64,000 bases of DNA, from contig NIVC01000028.1 in NCBI GenBank assembly GCA_002269645.1, forward strand, positions 323,873 through 387,872, in the 5' to 3' direction. Shown here one piece after another: positions 60,337 through 64,000 of the stretch. The notes beneath the pieces are model-generated. The model made no database searches. It was not told where the DNA came from and saw nothing but the letters and a program-made list of their open reading frames with translations. Position 1 is the stretch's first letter; each line of letters starts with the position of its first letter. This DNA comes from Macrostomum lignano. Taxonomy: Eukaryota. The translations under genes were made by a program, and so were the position numbers.

Positions 60337-61137
60337 ATGGACTTCACAAACGACTTTCATCCCCACTGGACACGCAATCAGATAAAATTTGCTCACAACG
60401 AGATAATTCCAGGGCACTTCCGATGCATTGTTGTTGGCTCATCTGGGTCAGGGAAAACCTTCAGAGTTTTTAACATGCTCCTCAGACCTGGATTCCTCGA
60501 TTATGACACACTACATATCTATTCACCCACTCTGTATCAAGATGAGTATAAAATGCTAGTAGCGGGCCTACAGAACAAACTCAACAAGGAAGATATTATT
60601 CAATGTTTTAGACATCAAAAAGACCTCAACAGCAACCCGGAAGTTGTAGCCACTGAATACGCAAAGCACATCCCAGACAATGAAAAATGGCAAAATATTA
60701 AAGTTTTCACTTATGGAGATCCACAGATAGATCCTAAAACTAAACTCTTACCTCAACCTGATGAACTAGAAAAGGGGAGAAAGCACCTGATTGTCTTCGA
60801 TGACTGCATGACCGGTCCCCAGAAACAGATAGAAAATTATTTCACCCGGGGTAGACACAATAATTGCAATGTTATTTACATTGCCCAAAACTGGTTTGAA
60901 CTGCCAAATAAAACAATTAGAGGTAACTGTAATTTGATTCTCCTTTTCCCAACCATACCACAGGATCGACTGAAACGATTTTATAATGAGGTCATTGCCC
61001 CAGCTCACATTACATATCCAGCTAAGAACTCTAACAGAACAATATCACAGGAGGAATTTGTTAACATATGCTATGAAAAGTGGAACCAACCCTATCAGTT
61101 TGTCATGATTAATAAGGAGAAAAGAATTTTACTTTAA
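60337..61137 (+). CDS. Genome-packaging ATPase (A32/FtsK-HerA superfamily)
   Basis: Walker A GSSGSGKT, Walker B LIVFDD, RGRHNN arginine motif, YIAQ. Confidence 0.93.
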   Translation: MDFTNDFHPHWTRNQIKFAHNEIIPGHFRCIVVGSSGSGKTFRVFNMLLRPGFLDYDTLHIYSPTLYQDEYKMLVAGLQNKLNKEDIIQCFRHQKDLNSNPEVVATEYAKHIPDNEKWQNIKVFTYGDPQIDPKTKLLPQPDELEKGRKHLIVFDDCMTGPQKQIENYFTRGRHNNCNVIYIAQNWFELPNKTIRGNCNLILLFPTIPQDRLKRFYNEVIAPAHITYPAKNSNRTISQEEFVNICYEKWNQPYQFVMINKEKRILL

Positions 61138-61153
61138 TTTTTCATTTAAAAAA

Positions 61154-61963
61154 ATGTCAATAAATTTTGCAGGTGAGTCAACTACAGGCAACAGCACTCT
61201 CACAACTTCCTTCCTTGATAAGCGCTACATTAACACTGATGAAGAGATCCCAGAGATCAAACTGAATAAAAACAGACTGAAACAATTAGAGCGCTCCATG
61301 CACCAGTTGCAAATAAACATGGAAGATCTCAGGCTTAAAGTAGCTAGGCAGAAGTTTGAAAGTGATAAGCTTTATGTGCCGTTGTTAAACGCAACTAATG
61401 AACTAAGGTCAGACATAACTTCGATAGTCTCGCTAATCAACGGCTTGAGATCATCAGTTAATCTTCTGGGAAATTCCATTGATAGACGGATGCGTATTCT
61501 TGAAGGAGGAGTTTTCACAAACACAGTTAAAGTGAGGAATTTAGAAGAGTTCATGAACCAGTCAACAGCATTGCATGATAGAATTAAAGAAAACGTCGCA
61601 ACCAACACAGGTAAAGTGAGGAATTTAGAAGAGTTCATGAACCAGTCAACAGCGTTGCATGATAGAATTAAAGAAAGACTTGATGCATTAGAGAGAAACG
61701 ATGTATCACACAGTAGCTATCTAAACGGAATGTATAGCTCTTGGGGTAAAATAATAAGGAGGCTTGATCGTCTGGAGAGAACACTCAATCTTCGTGATAT
61801 TGCTATTGATGAAGCAGAATCTGCTGCTCGTCCGGTCATGTCTACAGATCGAGTAGAAGGAGCTCTGGACCCCGCCGGAGTAATCCGGCACGCTCTCAAA
61901 CGTCAGCCGCCCAGCCGCTGCCTGCTGGACTCGCGATCCTCCGGCGTCACGAGAGCCGCCTAG
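61154..61963 (+). CDS. Coiled-coil Polinton protein with a duplicated 24-aa segment
   Basis: NTxKVRNLEEFMNQSTALHDRIKE occurs twice; heptad-like composition. Confidence 0.65.
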   Translation: MSINFAGESTTGNSTLTTSFLDKRYINTDEEIPEIKLNKNRLKQLERSMHQLQINMEDLRLKVARQKFESDKLYVPLLNATNELRSDITSIVSLINGLRSSVNLLGNSIDRRMRILEGGVFTNTVKVRNLEEFMNQSTALHDRIKENVATNTGKVRNLEEFMNQSTALHDRIKERLDALERNDVSHSSYLNGMYSSWGKIIRRLDRLERTLNLRDIAIDEAESAARPVMSTDRVEGALDPAGVIRHALKRQPPSRCLLDSRSSGVTRAA

Positions 61964-62054
61964 ACAACCGGCGGTGCAGATGGAATTATCAAAAAGAAAA
62001 CAGATCTTTCAACCGGATAGTTTTATAATTTTTTTTATTTTTCTAGAGAAAAAA

Positions 62055-62780
62055 ATGGCCCAACAAAATTCTCTATACGATCAGTCTCAATACGTTGAAC
62101 CTAAAATACCGACAGCACCAAACTCAATGGCACCGAATTCGAACACACAAAGCCTGAATGCACCGAATCTGAATGCACCCCAATATGAGCAACAAAAACT
62201 CTACCCCGTCATTACTTGTAACTCTCAGCAGTTTCGATTGGTGGAGATTCAAAAAATGCGCGATGATCTTGAAAAAAATATTTTCCACAACACAAAGAAA
62301 ATTAAGCGCTATGACAGCCACTGTAAATTTTTCGACTACAGCAATATGATTCTAGGATCTGTGTCTGTTCTATCTGGGTCTGCTGCAGCTGTCTCAGTGT
62401 TGCCAGCCATCACAGCCCCAATCGCAATTCCACTTGGTTCAGTAGGTGCTGCATGTGGACTTATTTCAGCAATTACTGGAGCATTAGCGCGAAACAGGCG
62501 AAAAAAACTAAAGCAGCTACAGGAGAAGCAAGTAAAAGAGAAAGGGGTGCACACATCAATCATAGGGTACATTTCAAGGGCAATCGAGGATAAGTTCATT
62601 TCAGAGGATGAGTTCAAAACCATTCAGGATCTTTATGAACAATCAATTCGAATGAACTTGAACATGGTCGGTACTGATGACATGAGTCAGCTGAAAAATG
62701 AACTCGAGAAAGTTTTCAACATTATGCGGAAAGAAGGACAACGAGAAGTACAACGAGAAATGCACAATGAACCCCTATGA
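62055..62780 (+). CDS. Conserved Polinton membrane protein with a central hydrophobic hairpin
   Basis: QQFRLVEI, a ~45-aa hydrophobic G/A/S/V/I segment, and ISRAIEDKFISEDEF. Confidence 0.65.
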   Translation: MAQQNSLYDQSQYVEPKIPTAPNSMAPNSNTQSLNAPNLNAPQYEQQKLYPVITCNSQQFRLVEIQKMRDDLEKNIFHNTKKIKRYDSHCKFFDYSNMILGSVSVLSGSAAAVSVLPAITAPIAIPLGSVGAACGLISAITGALARNRRKKLKQLQEKQVKEKGVHTSIIGYISRAIEDKFISEDEFKTIQDLYEQSIRMNLNMVGTDDMSQLKNELEKVFNIMRKEGQREVQREMHNEPL

Positions 62781-63176
62781 AACACAGCCAAGAATAATTT
62801 CCTTGTAGGTCTTTCGTGTTTTGGTCATTGCATACAAAACAGTCATGCACAGCTCACCGCAAATATCACTGCTAAGACCTTGAAGAATAAAGTCTGAGCG
62901 ATAAATTTTTTGATTATTTTTCCCCTTCATATAATTTCTTAGCTCTTCTGGTACTGCCGTCCCATAGCTATCGAAGTAATAACACTTGTGCTTGCGATCG
63001 GGATCAATCACCCAGCAAACCCAATGAGATCCTGGCTTATCAGTGGTGTCAAAGTTCATGATGCCACATTCTTTTCTTAGAGGAAAATCAGGCAGAGTGT
63101 CCCTCATAAATATTCCTCTAAAGTTTGGGATTTCCAGTTCGTTAGCCAAATCTTCGAGAAAGTTATTTGTAGTCAT
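62775..63176 (-). CDS. Adenain-like (C5 family) maturation cysteine protease
   Basis: GSHWVC (His), YFDSYG (Asp), Q..SSDICG (Gln/Cys); ATG at 63176. Confidence 0.9.
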   Translation of the reverse strand: MTTNNFLEDLANELEIPNFRGIFMRDTLPDFPLRKECGIMNFDTTDKPGSHWVCWVIDPDRKHKCYYFDSYGTAVPEELRNYMKGKNNQKIYRSDFILQGLSSDICGELCMTVLYAMTKTRKTYKEIILGCVS

Positions 63177-63247
63177 TTTTTGAGGTTTATTAAACTTTCT
63201 CTTAAACCTAAACCTAAACTCCACCTCCTAAACCCAACTTCCACCTC

Positions 63248-64000
63248 CTAAACCCAATCTCCTAAGCCTAATCTCCAATGCCCGAACGGTAGACTGTTAA
63301 TGTTGTCATCAAAAATGAATCTCTTGTTATCTGCACCTGACAGTCCAATCTTCTTTTGCTGAATTGTGTGAATAATATGGTTTTTAGATTGTAGCTTTGA
63401 GAACTCATGAGATGTCTTTTTGTTGCAATTTAAGGCGTCTCTGTATTCAGCTTCATTAATTTCCTTCCTAACCACACGTTTCGGAATTCCCTTTGATTTT
63501 TTAATTGGGTCTGACGACTCACATTTTACAAAATAGGACTTTGCTCTCAACCCTATGAATTCAGTGATTATGTCACCAGCAATCTCGTCCTTCATTTTCC
63601 CAATCACTTTCTTGTTAGTAGCGTCAAACACTTGATCGCCATTCTGTGTCCTGCAAGATTTATCATACTCAGACAAGTCAAACAAATCTTTTTGCTGCAG
63701 CATGTCCTGATAAATGTCTTCGGTTTGAATATCCATAATAAAACTGTCTGTGTCAGTGTACAAGAGTTTCATTTTATCCTTGTACTGCTGCTTCATGCCA
63801 TAGAAGAACTGGTACATCAGACGTTTTGATTCGTCGAGAACAGTGACACCTGTATAAATCGGCTTGCGCAGCGTCACCTTGGTTTTGTAAAATATGATCA
63901 CACCCAGTAGCTATTAAAATATGGAGTTCTTTTGAACGTTGGCTTTGAAATATTTGCCTGAATAACAGCAGGCTCTGATGAGGTAACAAGTTTCAGGTTT
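63248..64000 (-). pseudogene. Protein-primed family B DNA polymerase, C-terminal part, frameshifted near 63910
   Basis: KPIYTG..VLDESK..MY, LLYTDTDSF, KVIGKMKDE, GLRAKSY, KSKGI. Upstream ISKPTFK lies in a different frame. Confidence 0.9.

Larger units (their letters stand above)
55433..64000. mobile_element. Large Polinton/Maverick (endogenous adintovirus-like) element; left end and ~8.6 kb present, continuing beyond the window
   Basis: Left TIR AGTAGAAGGCATGAGGGGGC with internal tandem repeats, nearly identical to the TIR at 37727. Compact intronless genes for capsid proteins, packaging ATPase, protease and pPolB. Confidence 0.95.

Overview
Repeat-rich metazoan genomic DNA with GT-AG introns and GC-rich exons. 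The style resembles an invertebrate such as the flatworm Macrostomum, but this is an unverified impression. From left to right: (1) a + strand kinesin-6 (KIF20-like) gene, <1 to ~9.8 kb, whose introns hold minisatellites, a tRNA-derived SINE and a deleted Ty3/Gypsy element. (2) A minus-strand tandem family of three paralogous multi-exon genes sharing one scaffold: short first exon, ankyrin exon a, 16-18 codon linker, ankyrin exon b, 42-nt linker exon (YDxKIYFDEPLALP), phase-2 intron with a shared minisatellite. In copies B (33.6-37.5 kb) and C (43.9-47.7 kb) this scaffold splices to a MAP3K-like kinase. In copy A (11.9-28.3 kb) it splices in phase to an intact caspase, across two Gypsy insertions. 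Ankyrin exon b varies mainly at canonical binding-surface positions while nearby introns are conserved. This suggests a variable-sensor, swappable-effector family, which is the main candidate discovery. (3) A 2.45-kb internally deleted Polinton/Adintovirus with TIRs and a 6-bp TSD just upstream of copy B. (4) A large related Polinton/Adintovirus from 55,433 to beyond the window end (penton, major capsid, ATPase, protease, pPolB). (5) Many unrelated minisatellites, which account for most long ORFs in the track. All gene models were built by hand from splice signals and reading phase; there is no transcript or database support.
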